Assembly (NCBI GenBank): GCA_016181965.1
Contig: JACOYH010000004.1
Coordinates: 11,761 to 75,760, forward strand
DNA from: Candidatus Nealsonbacteria bacterium
GTDB taxonomy: Bacteria > Patescibacteriota > Minisyncoccia > Minisyncoccales > MHMH01
DNA: 64,000 nt
Direction: 5' to 3'
Both the position numbers and the translations under genes were made by a program. Numbering within the stretch: the stretch's first letter is position 1; every line of letters begins with the position of its first letter. Positions 38,655 to 47,429 of the stretch are shown in pieces. The notes under the pieces were generated by a model. That model worked only from the letters and a program-made list of their open reading frames with translations, was not told the origin of the DNA and searched no databases.

Positions 38655-39191
38655 TTAGCGCAAAAGCTCAATGCTTACCGTAACAACGCCGGTGGCAAGC
38701 GAAGCAATTTCAGAGAATGCCGCCGCCGACAAATCAAGCGCATGCGCAAAAGCGCCCGTGTCATTAATTGTGACTACCACGGATTTTCCGTTGACCGCAT
38801 TAGTTATCCTAGCCACGGTGTCGCAGGGCAAGGAATTACTCGCTGCGGTTAACAAACCGGAGTCATAAATTTTACCGCACGCTGTGCGCTTCCCTTCAAA
38901 GCCGGGTCCGTACCAAGTAGAGCTACCGACTTGCGCAAAGCGCCATTGGTTCGCATTGTTTTCGGGAATAAGCAGCTTTTGACCTGCTTTAATAAGGTTT
39001 GGGTTGGCAATTTGGCCTTGATTGGCATACCATATTTGCTGCCAGTTTGACCAATCGCCCCAAATCTTACTGCTTATTCCTAAAAGCGTATCCCCCGGCT
39101 GGACAGTGTAATATTCAGCTCCCATAGCTGTGGCGGGAAATGCGAAGGCGGCGAGAATTAAGGCAGTCAGTACTGCAATAATTTTCGACAT
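38655..39191 (-). CDS. Secreted LysM + RlpA-like double-psi beta-barrel protein
   Basis: Signal peptide; LysM YTVQPGDTLLGIS...IKAGQKLLIP; DPBB WYGPGFEGKRTACG...VVVTINDTG. Confidence 0.75.
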   Translation of the reverse strand: MSKIIAVLTALILAAFAFPATAMGAEYYTVQPGDTLLGISSKIWGDWSNWQQIWYANQGQIANPNLIKAGQKLLIPENNANQWRFAQVGSSTWYGPGFEGKRTACGKIYDSGLLTAASNSLPCDTVARITNAVNGKSVVVTINDTGAFAHALDLSAAAFSEIASLATGVVTVSIELLR

Positions 39192-39252
39192 TCTGTTCCT
39201 CCTTGCTCTCTTTATTTTGTGCTGTTCGCTTTATAGACGAAATTTTTATTTA

Positions 39253-39295
39253 TGTCAAGCGCAAAGTTAAAGGGCGGCCTTGATTGGTCGCCCTT
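39253..39295. repeat. Second copy of the 43-bp terminator/-35 module
   Basis: Forms the terminator for ORF 39304-39552 and the -35 for the rlpA-like promoter (TTGACA-17-TATAAA, AAGGAGG RBS). Confidence 0.6.
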
Positions 39296-39303
39296 GTGTT
39301 TTA

Positions 39304-39552
39304 TTAGCCGCCAGTTATGCGAGGAACAATTACGATCGTTTGCTCAACGCTCGGGTCGAATTTCTCGACACGCTCCGACAATTGGTCGGGCTCTGTCGCA
39401 AAGACCGTCGCGCCCCGAGCCGTCTCTTCTCGAAAAATCCTCTCTGCCTCGCGAACCGCCATCTCTGTTTCGGGGTCGCCAGACCCGACTTTCTCTGGCT
39501 CCCAAGCTACCACCTTGTCGCCACGCGACGACATAAGACGCAACCGTGCCAT
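39304..39552 (-). CDS. GC-rich small protein ending in Gly-Gly (possible ThiS/MoaD/ubiquitin-like beta-grasp)
   Basis: About 60 percent GC; AAAGGAGAGG RBS before the MARLRL start; C-terminus ...TIVIVPRITGG followed directly by a stop. Confidence 0.45.
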   Translation of the reverse strand: MARLRLMSSRGDKVVAWEPEKVGSGDPETEMAVREAERIFREETARGATVFATEPDQLSERVEKFDPSVEQTIVIVPRITGG

Positions 39553-39606
39553 TTCCTCTCCTTTTCTTTGGGAATATTGTATTTTTTTATTACATAATTC
39601 ACAGAA

Positions 39607-39642
39607 CTTGTCAATACGAATGTTAGACATTCAATGTCTAAC
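39607..39642 (-). promoter_or_regulatory. Promoter -35 (TTGACA) overlapping a 21-bp perfect palindrome GTTAGACATTCAATGTCTAAC (operator-like) upstream of the GC-rich ORF
   Basis: Minus-strand TTGACA-N17-TAATAA, AGGAGAGG RBS; palindrome immediately 5' of the -35. Confidence 0.4.
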
Positions 39643-39666
39643 CCGCTAACGAAGTTGGCGCGCCGC

Positions 39667-40065
39667 CTAAAGACTTTGAAATCTTCTTAATCCAAAAGTT
39701 GCTTGTATCGCGCGGATACTTACCCAAATCATAATAACTGCAAGAATTAAATTTTGTCCCCCGGCACCACCACCGAAGTTATTCATCCCCGTGACAATCA
39801 ATCCACCGATTGAAAGCAAGAGTAAAATAATCGCCACGACTCTACTGTTAAACTTTCGAAGCAAAAAAGCGCAAATTGCAAAAATTGCGCCATCGATAAT
39901 GGCCTCTGGCCGCATAATGAAATATCCCAAAACAATTTGGAGAGCCGCCAAAAAATAAAATCCGTTTGAAGCGTCTTTGATAACTTTTATTGCCTCATCT
40001 CTTGTCTGAATTTTTCCAAACCAAGTATTTTTCTTTTTTGGCGGCACAGGAATTGGATTTCCCAT
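39667..40065 (-). CDS. Hypothetical polytopic membrane protein
   Basis: 3-4 TM segments, no motif. Confidence 0.4.
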   Translation of the reverse strand: MGNPIPVPPKKKNTWFGKIQTRDEAIKVIKDASNGFYFLAALQIVLGYFIMRPEAIIDGAIFAICAFLLRKFNSRVVAIILLLLSIGGLIVTGMNNFGGGAGGQNLILAVIMIWVSIRAIQATFGLRRFQSL

Positions 40066-40087
40066 AATTTTATCTCTCTAAATTAGA

Positions 40088-40837
40088 TTATTTACAATCT
40101 GTTTTTGTAAAAGATACAAAATACTTTTGCGCAGAATTTTCAACGGAATACGAGTATTCCATATTTATATCCTGATTGAGAAGATTTTTTGTGTCCTCAT
40201 TCTGACAAATACCTGAACCCACACTATTTTTCAACAAATCGTTTGTTATTTTACTTGTATCAACGCCAGAAAGAACATAATGGTAACGAATAGCACCGGA
40301 CTCTGCTGTTACATCAACTAGAGTTGTCACTTGATCAATTTGGTAAGGCAAAGATATTTGGGTTTTTACTGCCTGCGCGGTCTGCTTTATAAGTTCTGTT
40401 TTATTAGTAATAGAGTTCTGACCCGTAGCACCCATATATGCACCGATAGAAGCGTTAATAATCGTCGCCAATAATCCAATAGAACATAAAACAATTCCAG
40501 TTATTGCCACGCCGCGCTTTAGAGATTTTAAACCCTTAATGCTAAAAATAAGACCGATAATTGTAATTGGTGCGCCAATAATGGGAATAAACCAAGCAAT
40601 CAATCCGATAATACCCAATACTAATCCTGTTGTTGCTTTTCCGTTTTTTTTCGCGTCGCCAGTATTAAAACTTTCATTTCCCTGCATAGTAATATCTTGA
40701 CCAGTTGCTTGAGAAAAAGCCTCTTTGACATCTTGCTGTTGCCAACCTTGAGAAATTAAATTGCTACTAATAATTTCTCGTGATACGCCTTGTTGTAATT
40801 GTTGCGTGATATAATCAAGTATTTGTTGATTGAACAT
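40088..40837 (-). CDS. Hypothetical membrane protein (Gln-rich N-terminus, 2-3 TM, exo-domain)
   Basis: ORF plus TM pattern. Confidence 0.4.
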   Translation of the reverse strand: MFNQQILDYITQQLQQGVSREIISSNLISQGWQQQDVKEAFSQATGQDITMQGNESFNTGDAKKNGKATTGLVLGIIGLIAWFIPIIGAPITIIGLIFSIKGLKSLKRGVAITGIVLCSIGLLATIINASIGAYMGATGQNSITNKTELIKQTAQAVKTQISLPYQIDQVTTLVDVTAESGAIRYHYVLSGVDTSKITNDLLKNSVGSGICQNEDTKNLLNQDINMEYSYSVENSAQKYFVSFTKTDCK

Positions 40838-40980
40838 ATTTTTTTATTAAAAATTTATAAATTTCACGACCTTACTCATAGTTTACCCCGACCCCGATAC
40901 TTTTTGCAACGACAATCATTTTATCAAATCCTCAATCGAAACATCCAACGCTTTGGCAATTTTTGCCATAGTTTGATCGT

Positions 40981-41052
40981 GGTGGACTCGATGGGAATCG
41001 AACCCATATTTCCGCAATGCGAATGCGGCGTATTGCCACTATACTACGAGCC
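40981..41052 (-). tRNA. tRNA-Ala (CGC), CCA encoded
   Basis: Acceptor gggctcg/cgagtcc (G3-U70), anticodon loop ttcgcat. Confidence 0.8.
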
Positions 41053-41355
41053 CAAAATATTTTTTATTCTCTCAACTTCGGCTTCTACAAGCGCACCGTC
41101 GTATTCCCCGGCATGCGCCGTAGCGCTTTTATATACCGGCTTTTTCTGATCTAAATGCAAATTAATTACGGTTTCTTGTGTAACCGTATCATATCGCGCG
41201 TAAATATGAAATCGGGGATAGCCCGAACGGGAAGCGCCTCCAGCCGGTCTTAAAAAAGCCATCTCGCCGGTTTGCGGATCTTGTTTCTCCAGAAAATACC
41301 CGCAATTTCTCATTAAGTTTTGCGTGTTCCCCGGAAAAAAAATCTTAAATTTCAT
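41044..41355 (-). CDS. Hypothetical protein (start abuts tRNA-Pro)
   Basis: ORF; the longer annotated N-terminus overlaps the tRNA, so the MKFKIFF start is used. Confidence 0.35.
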   Translation of the reverse strand: MKFKIFFPGNTQNLMRNCGYFLEKQDPQTGEMAFLRPAGGASRSGYPRFHIYARYDTVTQETVINLHLDQKKPVYKSATAHAGEYDGALVEAEVERIKNILGS

Positions 41356-41426
41356 TCGGAGAGCCGGGAATTGAACCCGGACCGCACGCACCCGAAGCGT
41401 GCATACTGCCGTTATACGACTCTCCG
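41355..41426 (-). tRNA. tRNA-Pro (CGG)
   Basis: Acceptor cggagag/ctctccg, anticodon loop ttcgggt. Confidence 0.8.
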
Positions 41427-41442
41427 TTGTTCTGCGTGAAAA

Positions 41443-42906
41443 TTAACTCACCCAATATTTTTGCTTTGTCATCTCGTCTCTTTTCATTTCCAACCTTTCC
41501 CGGTCTTTCTTGGCTCTTTCACTCAAAGCGCTCAACTCCTCTTCAGAAAGTTTGCCCAATTTTTTCATTTCTCTAAGTAAAAACTCTTTTTTGTTTGCCT
41601 TGGGGTCTTCCAGCACCTTTCCTAACAAAATGTCAAGTATTTGTCCAATTTTAGGGGATGGCACAATTCTTAATTGTGACATTACGTCGTGGCCTGTCAC
41701 ATTTAATTGTGACATTGAGATAGGGTTTTGTGACACTTTATCAATAATGTATTTCAAATGTCTCAATTTGTACGGTTCGGCCTTGGGCACACCCGAGCCG
41801 ATTCTGTCGGCCATTCTCACCTGCAAAAGTTCTTCCATGTTTTCCGGGCCCACTTGTCGAACCAACCGCCTCACCGACGATTCCGTAACCTCACCCACAT
41901 TATAGTAAAACAAATGATATCTGACTAATTTAGCTATTCTTTCAATGTCTTTCTTTGGAAACTTAAGCCGGTCAAGTATGGTCGTAGCCATTTTTGCCCC
42001 TACGGTTTCGTGATTATAAAAAGTGGCGCTTGGTCCATCGCCCCGCTTAACTTTTGGCTTAGCTATATCGTGGAGTAGGGCAGCCACCCTAACATATATA
42101 CTAAAGCCCTGTTTGGCTGCATATTCCAATGACTTCACCGAGTGCTCGTAACAGCTATAAATATGGTGCTTGTTTTGAGCAACATTATAACCCTCTATCA
42201 ATTCGGGCAAAATGTATGCCAAAAGCCCCAGTTCCCTTAAAAATTCAATGCCCTCGGCCGCCCTTTCTGACATCATAATTTTGAGCAGTTCATCTCGTAT
42301 TCTCTCCTTGGAAATGGCCTGCAACCAAGCGGCGTTTTCCTTAATAGCAAATGCGGTTTTTGCTTCGATTCGCCAGTCATTGCCAAGAACAGCGGCAAAT
42401 CTGACCGCCCTCAACATCCTCAAAGCATCTTCGTTGAATCTTTCCTTTGGGTCGCCAACTGTTTTAATGACTTTGGCCTTCAAGTCCTGCTGACCGCCAA
42501 AAGGATCAATTCGGTTGACACCTGGTGTCAACCAGCCCAAGGCCATGGCGTTTATTGTGAAATCCCTACGAGACAGATCCTCTTGAAGCGTTTTAGCGTA
42601 TTTAACCTCATCGGGATGCCTTTTGTCAGAATATTTGGCCTCGGAACGAAAAGCGGTAACTTCTATTTCATTCAATCTTTTGCTTTTACTGCCTGTTTGC
42701 ACTGTCACGGTCAAAAATTGATTCTCGTAAAAACTTTTCTCAAAGAGCCGCTGGATTTCTTCTGGCTTGGCATTAGTGGTTATATCCCAATCCATGGGCT
42801 CCACGCCTCGCAAAAGATCCCTGACGCAACCACCGACAATATATGCCTCAAAACCGGCCTTTTTGAGGGCCTGCAAAACTAATTTTACTTCTTTTGGAAT
42901 AGCCAT
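41443..42906 (-). CDS. cca: CCA-adding enzyme (tRNA nucleotidyltransferase with HD domain)
   Basis: Pol-beta head GGCVRDLLRGVEPMDWDITT, ...RRDFTINA, HD motif LHDIAKP; MAIPKE start chosen because the longer ORF overlaps the tRNA. Confidence 0.85.
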   Translation of the reverse strand: MAIPKEVKLVLQALKKAGFEAYIVGGCVRDLLRGVEPMDWDITTNAKPEEIQRLFEKSFYENQFLTVTVQTGSKSKRLNEIEVTAFRSEAKYSDKRHPDEVKYAKTLQEDLSRRDFTINAMALGWLTPGVNRIDPFGGQQDLKAKVIKTVGDPKERFNEDALRMLRAVRFAAVLGNDWRIEAKTAFAIKENAAWLQAISKERIRDELLKIMMSERAAEGIEFLRELGLLAYILPELIEGYNVAQNKHHIYSCYEHSVKSLEYAAKQGFSIYVRVAALLHDIAKPKVKRGDGPSATFYNHETVGAKMATTILDRLKFPKKDIERIAKLVRYHLFYYNVGEVTESSVRRLVRQVGPENMEELLQVRMADRIGSGVPKAEPYKLRHLKYIIDKVSQNPISMSQLNVTGHDVMSQLRIVPSPKIGQILDILLGKVLEDPKANKKEFLLREMKKLGKLSEEELSALSERAKKDRERLEMKRDEMTKQKYWVS

Positions 42907-42965
42907 TATATGAATTATAGTCCGTAGTTTGATTTTTTTCAATTTTTGTGATAAAATAACACTGC

Positions 42966-43040
42966 GCTCCCGTAGTGAAATGGATATCACACGACGCTTC
43001 GGACGTCGGAGTCCGGGTTCGAATCCTGGCGGGAGCACCA
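42966..43040 (+). tRNA. tRNA-Arg (TCG), CCA encoded
   Basis: Acceptor gctcccg/cgggagc, anticodon loop cttcgga. Confidence 0.7.
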
Positions 43041-43126
43041 CAGGGCCATAGTCATAACGCTTGTTTTTTTCTCTGTTTATCTGTATATCAAAATTAGCTC
43101 ACCAAAATTCAATAAAGGAGATAATC

Positions 43127-43777
43127 GTGACAGCGGAAATCAACGAAAAAATCGCATGGATAACGCTTGCGAAAGTTGGGGCGATTATTCGAAATGGCCA
43201 CTTTATTTACACTTCCGGCCAACACGGTTCAGTTTACGTAGACAAAGACGCGCTTTACCCTCATGTATGCGAAACATCGGACTTGTGCCGACTAATTGCC
43301 AAACAATTTATGTTTGACGGCATTGAAGCCGTAGTTGCTCCTGAAAAGGGAGGCATCATTCTCTCTCAATGGGTGGCATTCCACCTGTGCGAACTGACCG
43401 GACGCGAGGCGCTTGCTTTTTACGCTGAAAAAACAAATGATGGCGGATTTGAAATAAAGCGCGGCGGAGCTAAAACGAAACTACGGGGAAAAAGCGTCTT
43501 GGTCGTGGAGGATGTGCTGACCACTGGCGGCTCGGCTGAAAAAACCATCAAAGAGGTTCGCAATCTTGGTGGCAATGTCATGGGCCTTGGCGTTCTTTGC
43601 AACAGGGGAGAGGTAGGACCGAGAAATGTTGGCGATCCCCCAAGGATTTTCGCTCTTGTCAACGTAAAACTTGACGCATGGGATGAAGAAAATTGCCCGC
43701 TTTGCGGCCGCGGAATGCCCATTAACACAGATGTCGGCAAGGGCAGGGAATACGTGGCGAGCAAAAATCTGCAATAA
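43127..43777 (+). CDS. Type I phosphoribosyltransferase (orotate PRTase-like)
   Basis: PRPP-binding VLVVEDVLTTGGS; GTG start after an AAGGAGA RBS. Confidence 0.65.
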   Translation: MTAEINEKIAWITLAKVGAIIRNGHFIYTSGQHGSVYVDKDALYPHVCETSDLCRLIAKQFMFDGIEAVVAPEKGGIILSQWVAFHLCELTGREALAFYAEKTNDGGFEIKRGGAKTKLRGKSVLVVEDVLTTGGSAEKTIKEVRNLGGNVMGLGVLCNRGEVGPRNVGDPPRIFALVNVKLDAWDEENCPLCGRGMPINTDVGKGREYVASKNLQ

Positions 43778-43789
43778 GGTAATAATAGT

Positions 43790-43816
43790 GGAATAGGGCT
43801 ACCCTATTCCACTATT
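43790..43816 (+). terminator. Rho-independent terminator
   Basis: gtggaatagggctaccctattccac hairpin then T-run. Confidence 0.7.
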
Positions 43817-43834
43817 TATTTTTTGGTTGAAACC

Positions 43835-43892
43835 GGTTGTTTGGTTGAAGCCAGGCTCTAACCGAACAGAGCCTGGCTTCAACCAAACAACC
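43835..43892. repeat. REP-like palindrome (25-bp arms) of the GAAGCCAGGCT family
   Basis: GGTTGTTTGGTTGAAGCCAGGCTCT...AGAGCCTGGCTTCAACCAAACAACC. Confidence 0.7.
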
Positions 43893-43939
43893 AAACCGAA
43901 GTAGTTTTATTTTTTTCCTTTTTGTTGTATAATAAACCC

Positions 43940-44341
43940 ATGAAAAGGGGACTGGTTTTATTAATAGTCATCTTGCCGCTTTTATTTGTTAATTTTAGTC
44001 CGGCTCAAGCGGCGGGCTTGGTGCCTTGCGGGGGATCGGGAGAGCCCGCTTGCAATGTCTGCCATTTCTTCCAACTTATCAACAATCTAATTTACGGGTT
44101 TTTATTCAGAATAGTGCCGGTCATAGCCGCGCTGATGTTTGTTGTCGGCGGCGTAATGCTTCTTTTTGCCGGAGCCAAGCCCGACCTGCTCAACAAGGCG
44201 AAAAGCGTCATCACCGCCACAGTTATTGGCCTGCTTCTTATTTTTGGCGCATGGCTTATTGTCAATACTATCTTGCAAAAACTCGGCATTATTGCTATGC
44301 CTTCAATATTGCAGTGGTACAATGTCGGCTGCACGATATGA
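43940..44341 (+). CDS. T4SS pilin-like protein (VirB2/TrbC-like topology), isolated paralog
   Basis: Signal peptide ...SPAQA, CGG...C.VCH motif, two hydrophobic helices; homologous to the C-terminus of ORF 52581-54440 and to ORF 58859-59239. Confidence 0.5.
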   Translation: MKRGLVLLIVILPLLFVNFSPAQAAGLVPCGGSGEPACNVCHFFQLINNLIYGFLFRIVPVIAALMFVVGGVMLLFAGAKPDLLNKAKSVITATVIGLLLIFGAWLIVNTILQKLGIIAMPSILQWYNVGCTI

Positions 44342-44346
44342 GCATA

Positions 44347-44413
44347 TGCCTCGCTAGCTCAATTGGCAGACCTGCCTGCGGCAGGCAGGGCAGTTACGCT
44401 TCATTAAACATAC
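44347..44413 (+). other. tRNA 5'-fragment-like sequence followed by a perfect 19-bp hairpin, immediately upstream of tRNA-Lys
   Basis: gcctcgctagctcaattggcaga resembles a tRNA acceptor/D-arm with no matching 3' half; CCTGCCTGC-G-GCAGGCAGG palindrome. Confidence 0.4.
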
Positions 44414-44486
44414 GCCCCCATAACTCAATCGGCAGAGTAGCTGGCTCTTAACCAGTTTGTTCTAGGTTCGAATCCTAGTGGGGGCA
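44414..44486 (+). tRNA. tRNA-Lys (CTT)
   Basis: Acceptor gccccca/tgggggc, anticodon loop ctcttaa. Confidence 0.8.
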
Positions 44487-44527
44487 CTTGCTTCTTTTCT
44501 TACATAGGTTAGAATAAAAATAAAACA

Positions 44528-44791
44528 ATGTTGACACCAGAAGAAAAAACCAAAGTTATTACCGATTATAAGCTTCACGGAGCCGACACCGGCTCCCCCG
44601 AAGTGCAAATAGCCCTGCTGACCGAAGAAATCGACCGGCTGCTTTTGCACCTCAAAAAACATAAAAAAGACGTGCATTCCCGAAGGGGCCTTTTAAAGAT
44701 GGTTGCCAAGAGAAAGAAGCTGCTCAATTATCTGAAAAAGGAGGATTCCAAGCGATACAACAGCATCGTTAAAAAAACCGGCCTTAAATAA
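44528..44791 (+). CDS. rpsO: 30S ribosomal protein S15
   Basis: ...[30 protein letters not shown] signature. Confidence 0.9.
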   Translation: MLTPEEKTKVITDYKLHGADTGSPEVQIALLTEEIDRLLLHLKKHKKDVHSRRGLLKMVAKRKKLLNYLKKEDSKRYNSIVKKTGLK

Positions 44792-44802
44792 ATAACAAAA
44801 AT

Positions 44803-45309
44803 ATGACGTTAGCAAAACATAAAGACCAAAGAGTGGCTGTTTTGATTGATGTTCAAAATATGTATCACTCGGCCAAAAATATCTATCACTCAAAGGTCAA
44901 TTTTGCCAATATACTGGAAACGGCAATCAGCGACCGCAAACTCATCAGGGCTTTCGCTTATGTGGTTAAAACAAAAACTGGCGAAGAAAAGCCCTTTTTT
45001 GATGCCTTGACCAACCTCGGCATAGAAACGCGCGTCAGAGAGCTGCAAGAGTTTTACGGGGGCATGAAAAAAGCCGACTGGGATGTCGGCATTTCCATAG
45101 ACGCCGTGAAAACGGCCCCGGGCGTGGATGCGATTGTTTTGGTCTCGGGAGACGGCGACTTTATTCAGCTCGTGGAATATCTTAAAAATCAAGGCAAAAG
45201 AGCCGAGGTAATGGCTTTTGGAAAATCAACGTCTTCGCGATTAAAAGAAATCGCTGACGAATTTATTGACTTAGGCGCTACTCCGCAAAAATATCTATTG
45301 AAAAAATAA
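44803..45309 (+). CDS. NYN-domain (LabA-like) protein
   Basis: VAVLIDVQNMYHSAK...VLVSGDGDF motifs. Confidence 0.7.
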   Translation: MTLAKHKDQRVAVLIDVQNMYHSAKNIYHSKVNFANILETAISDRKLIRAFAYVVKTKTGEEKPFFDALTNLGIETRVRELQEFYGGMKKADWDVGISIDAVKTAPGVDAIVLVSGDGDFIQLVEYLKNQGKRAEVMAFGKSTSSRLKEIADEFIDLGATPQKYLLKK

Positions 45310-45312
45310 TAT

Positions 45313-47415
45313 ATGACGGGCGCGCATAAAACAGAAATAGGCGGCAAGGACCTTATCGTAGAGTTAAATACGCTTGCTAAAAGAGCCAACGGCAGTTGCT
45401 TGGTCAGATACGGAGATACGGTGGTTTTGGCCACAGCCGTCATGTCCAACTACGAAAGAGAGGGTATTGACTTTTTCCCCTTAACCGTGGAATACGAAGA
45501 AAAATTCTACGCGGCAGGCAAAATTTTGGGCTCAAGATTTATCCGCCGCGAAACCAAACCCTCTGACGAGGCCATCTTGACTGCCCGCTCAATCGACCGG
45601 GCCATAAGGCCGAGATTTCCAAAGCATCTGCGGCGCGAAATACAAGTCGTGGTCACTTGCCTTTCTTGGGACGGCGAAAACGACCCCGACACCATTGGAT
45701 TATTGGCCGCTTCCCTGGCTCTTTCAACTTCGGATATTCCTTGGATGGGTCCGATTTCAGCGGTCAGGGTAGGCAGGGATGGCAACGCTCTCGTGTTAAA
45801 TCCAACATACCTGCAAAGAGCCAAAAGCGACATAGACCTTTTCATAACCGGCATGGAATCGCCGGGGGACTTCCTTATTAATATGATTGAATTAGAAGGA
45901 GATGAAGTTGACGAAAATGCTATCGTCGAGGCCTATCGGTTTGCCAAGACACAACTGCAGTCCCTGATAACTTTTCAAAAAGAAATTGTTGGAAAATCGG
46001 GCGCAATAAAATTCGGCTTAGCCGCTCCCGCTCAAGACCCAGCATTAGACAATGAAATGAGGGAATTTTTGGGCAATAAGCTGGAAGAGTTGCTTTACGA
46101 CCAAAAGGCCAACAGCCGCAGAATGGAGTCAATTAATGATTTAAAAAGAGAGCTTATTTATTTTGTTGAAGGAAAATACCCGGGCATGGGAAAAGAAAAA
46201 TACGCGGACTCTTTTTTTGAAAAAGAACTCGATCTGACCATACACGAAAACATCATTAAAAAAGAAAGAAGACCCGACGGCAGAAAGCTCGATGAAATCA
46301 GGAAACTTGAGATTGAGGTCGGCGTTTTGCCCCGTACCCACGGTTCGGGTATTTTTACCCGCGGAGAAACCAAGGCGCTTTCTATTCTCACATTAGGCGC
46401 TCCCACTGACGTGCGGCTTATGGAAGGCATGGAAATCCGAGGCAAGAAAAGATTTATGCACCACTACAATTTTCCTCCCTACAGTTCGGGCGAAGTAAAG
46501 CCAATGCGAGGGCCGGGCAGAAGAGAAATAGGCCACGGCATGCTGGCAGAAAGAGCTATTTTCCCCCTTATCCCCAATATAGAAAATTTTCCTTATACTA
46601 TTAGAGCGGTTACTGAAGTCGTTGCTTCAAACGGCTCCACTTCTATGGCATCGGTATCAGCGGCCTGCTTGGCAATGATGGACGCGGGCGTGCCCATTAA
46701 AGCGCCGGCCGCTGGCATTGCCGTGGGCTTAATGAGCAATGACAAAGGGGAATACAAGCTGGTCGCCGATATTCAAGGTCCCGAAGACCACCACGGCGAC
46801 ATGGATTTTAAAGTGGCGGGCACCCGCAAAGGAGTGACAGCTATTCAGATGGACGTGAAAGTTGAGGGCATTAGTGGTATAATATTAGAAGAGGCCCTGC
46901 AGCTTGCAAAAAAATCCCGGGAAAAGATTTTGAAAGAAATTGAAAATGTCTTGCCAAGGCATCGGGAAAACCTATCGCCTTGGGCTCCCAGAATATACAC
47001 CCTGCAAATTAAACCGGATAAGATTCGCGAGGTCATCGGCCCGGGCGGAAAAATTATTAATGAAATAATCGAAAAGTGCGAGGTTTCCATTGACATTGAA
47101 GACGACGGGAAAATATTTGTTACCGCAGAGAAAGAAGAGGCAGCTAAAAAAGCCGTGGAATGGATTAATAATATAACAAGGGAGGTTGAGGTGGGGGAGA
47201 CGTTTCAAGGCAAGGTTAAGCGAATATTAGCTTTCGGGGCTTTTGTGGAAATACTGCCGGGGCAGGAAGGACTAGTGCACATATCGCAATTGGCTCCTTA
47301 TCGCGTAGAAAAAGTGGAAGATATCGTAAAAATCGGGGACATAGTGCCGGTTAAAGTGATCTCAATAGACGAACAGGGCAGAATAAATTTATCTATTAAA
47401 GAGACAAAAAAATAA
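45313..47415 (+). CDS. pnp: Polynucleotide phosphorylase
   Basis: Two RNase PH domains, KH and S1 domains. Confidence 0.95.
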   Translation: MTGAHKTEIGGKDLIVELNTLAKRANGSCLVRYGDTVVLATAVMSNYEREGIDFFPLTVEYEEKFYAAGKILGSRFIRRETKPSDEAILTARSIDRAIRPRFPKHLRREIQVVVTCLSWDGENDPDTIGLLAASLALSTSDIPWMGPISAVRVGRDGNALVLNPTYLQRAKSDIDLFITGMESPGDFLINMIELEGDEVDENAIVEAYRFAKTQLQSLITFQKEIVGKSGAIKFGLAAPAQDPALDNEMREFLGNKLEELLYDQKANSRRMESINDLKRELIYFVEGKYPGMGKEKYADSFFEKELDLTIHENIIKKERRPDGRKLDEIRKLEIEVGVLPRTHGSGIFTRGETKALSILTLGAPTDVRLMEGMEIRGKKRFMHHYNFPPYSSGEVKPMRGPGRREIGHGMLAERAIFPLIPNIENFPYTIRAVTEVVASNGSTSMASVSAACLAMMDAGVPIKAPAAGIAVGLMSNDKGEYKLVADIQGPEDHHGDMDFKVAGTRKGVTAIQMDVKVEGISGIILEEALQLAKKSREKILKEIENVLPRHRENLSPWAPRIYTLQIKPDKIREVIGPGGKIINEIIEKCEVSIDIEDDGKIFVTAEKEEAAKKAVEWINNITREVEVGETFQGKVKRILAFGAFVEILPGQEGLVHISQLAPYRVEKVEDIVKIGDIVPVKVISIDEQGRINLSIKETKK

Positions 47416-47429
47416 TCTAAATAATCTAA

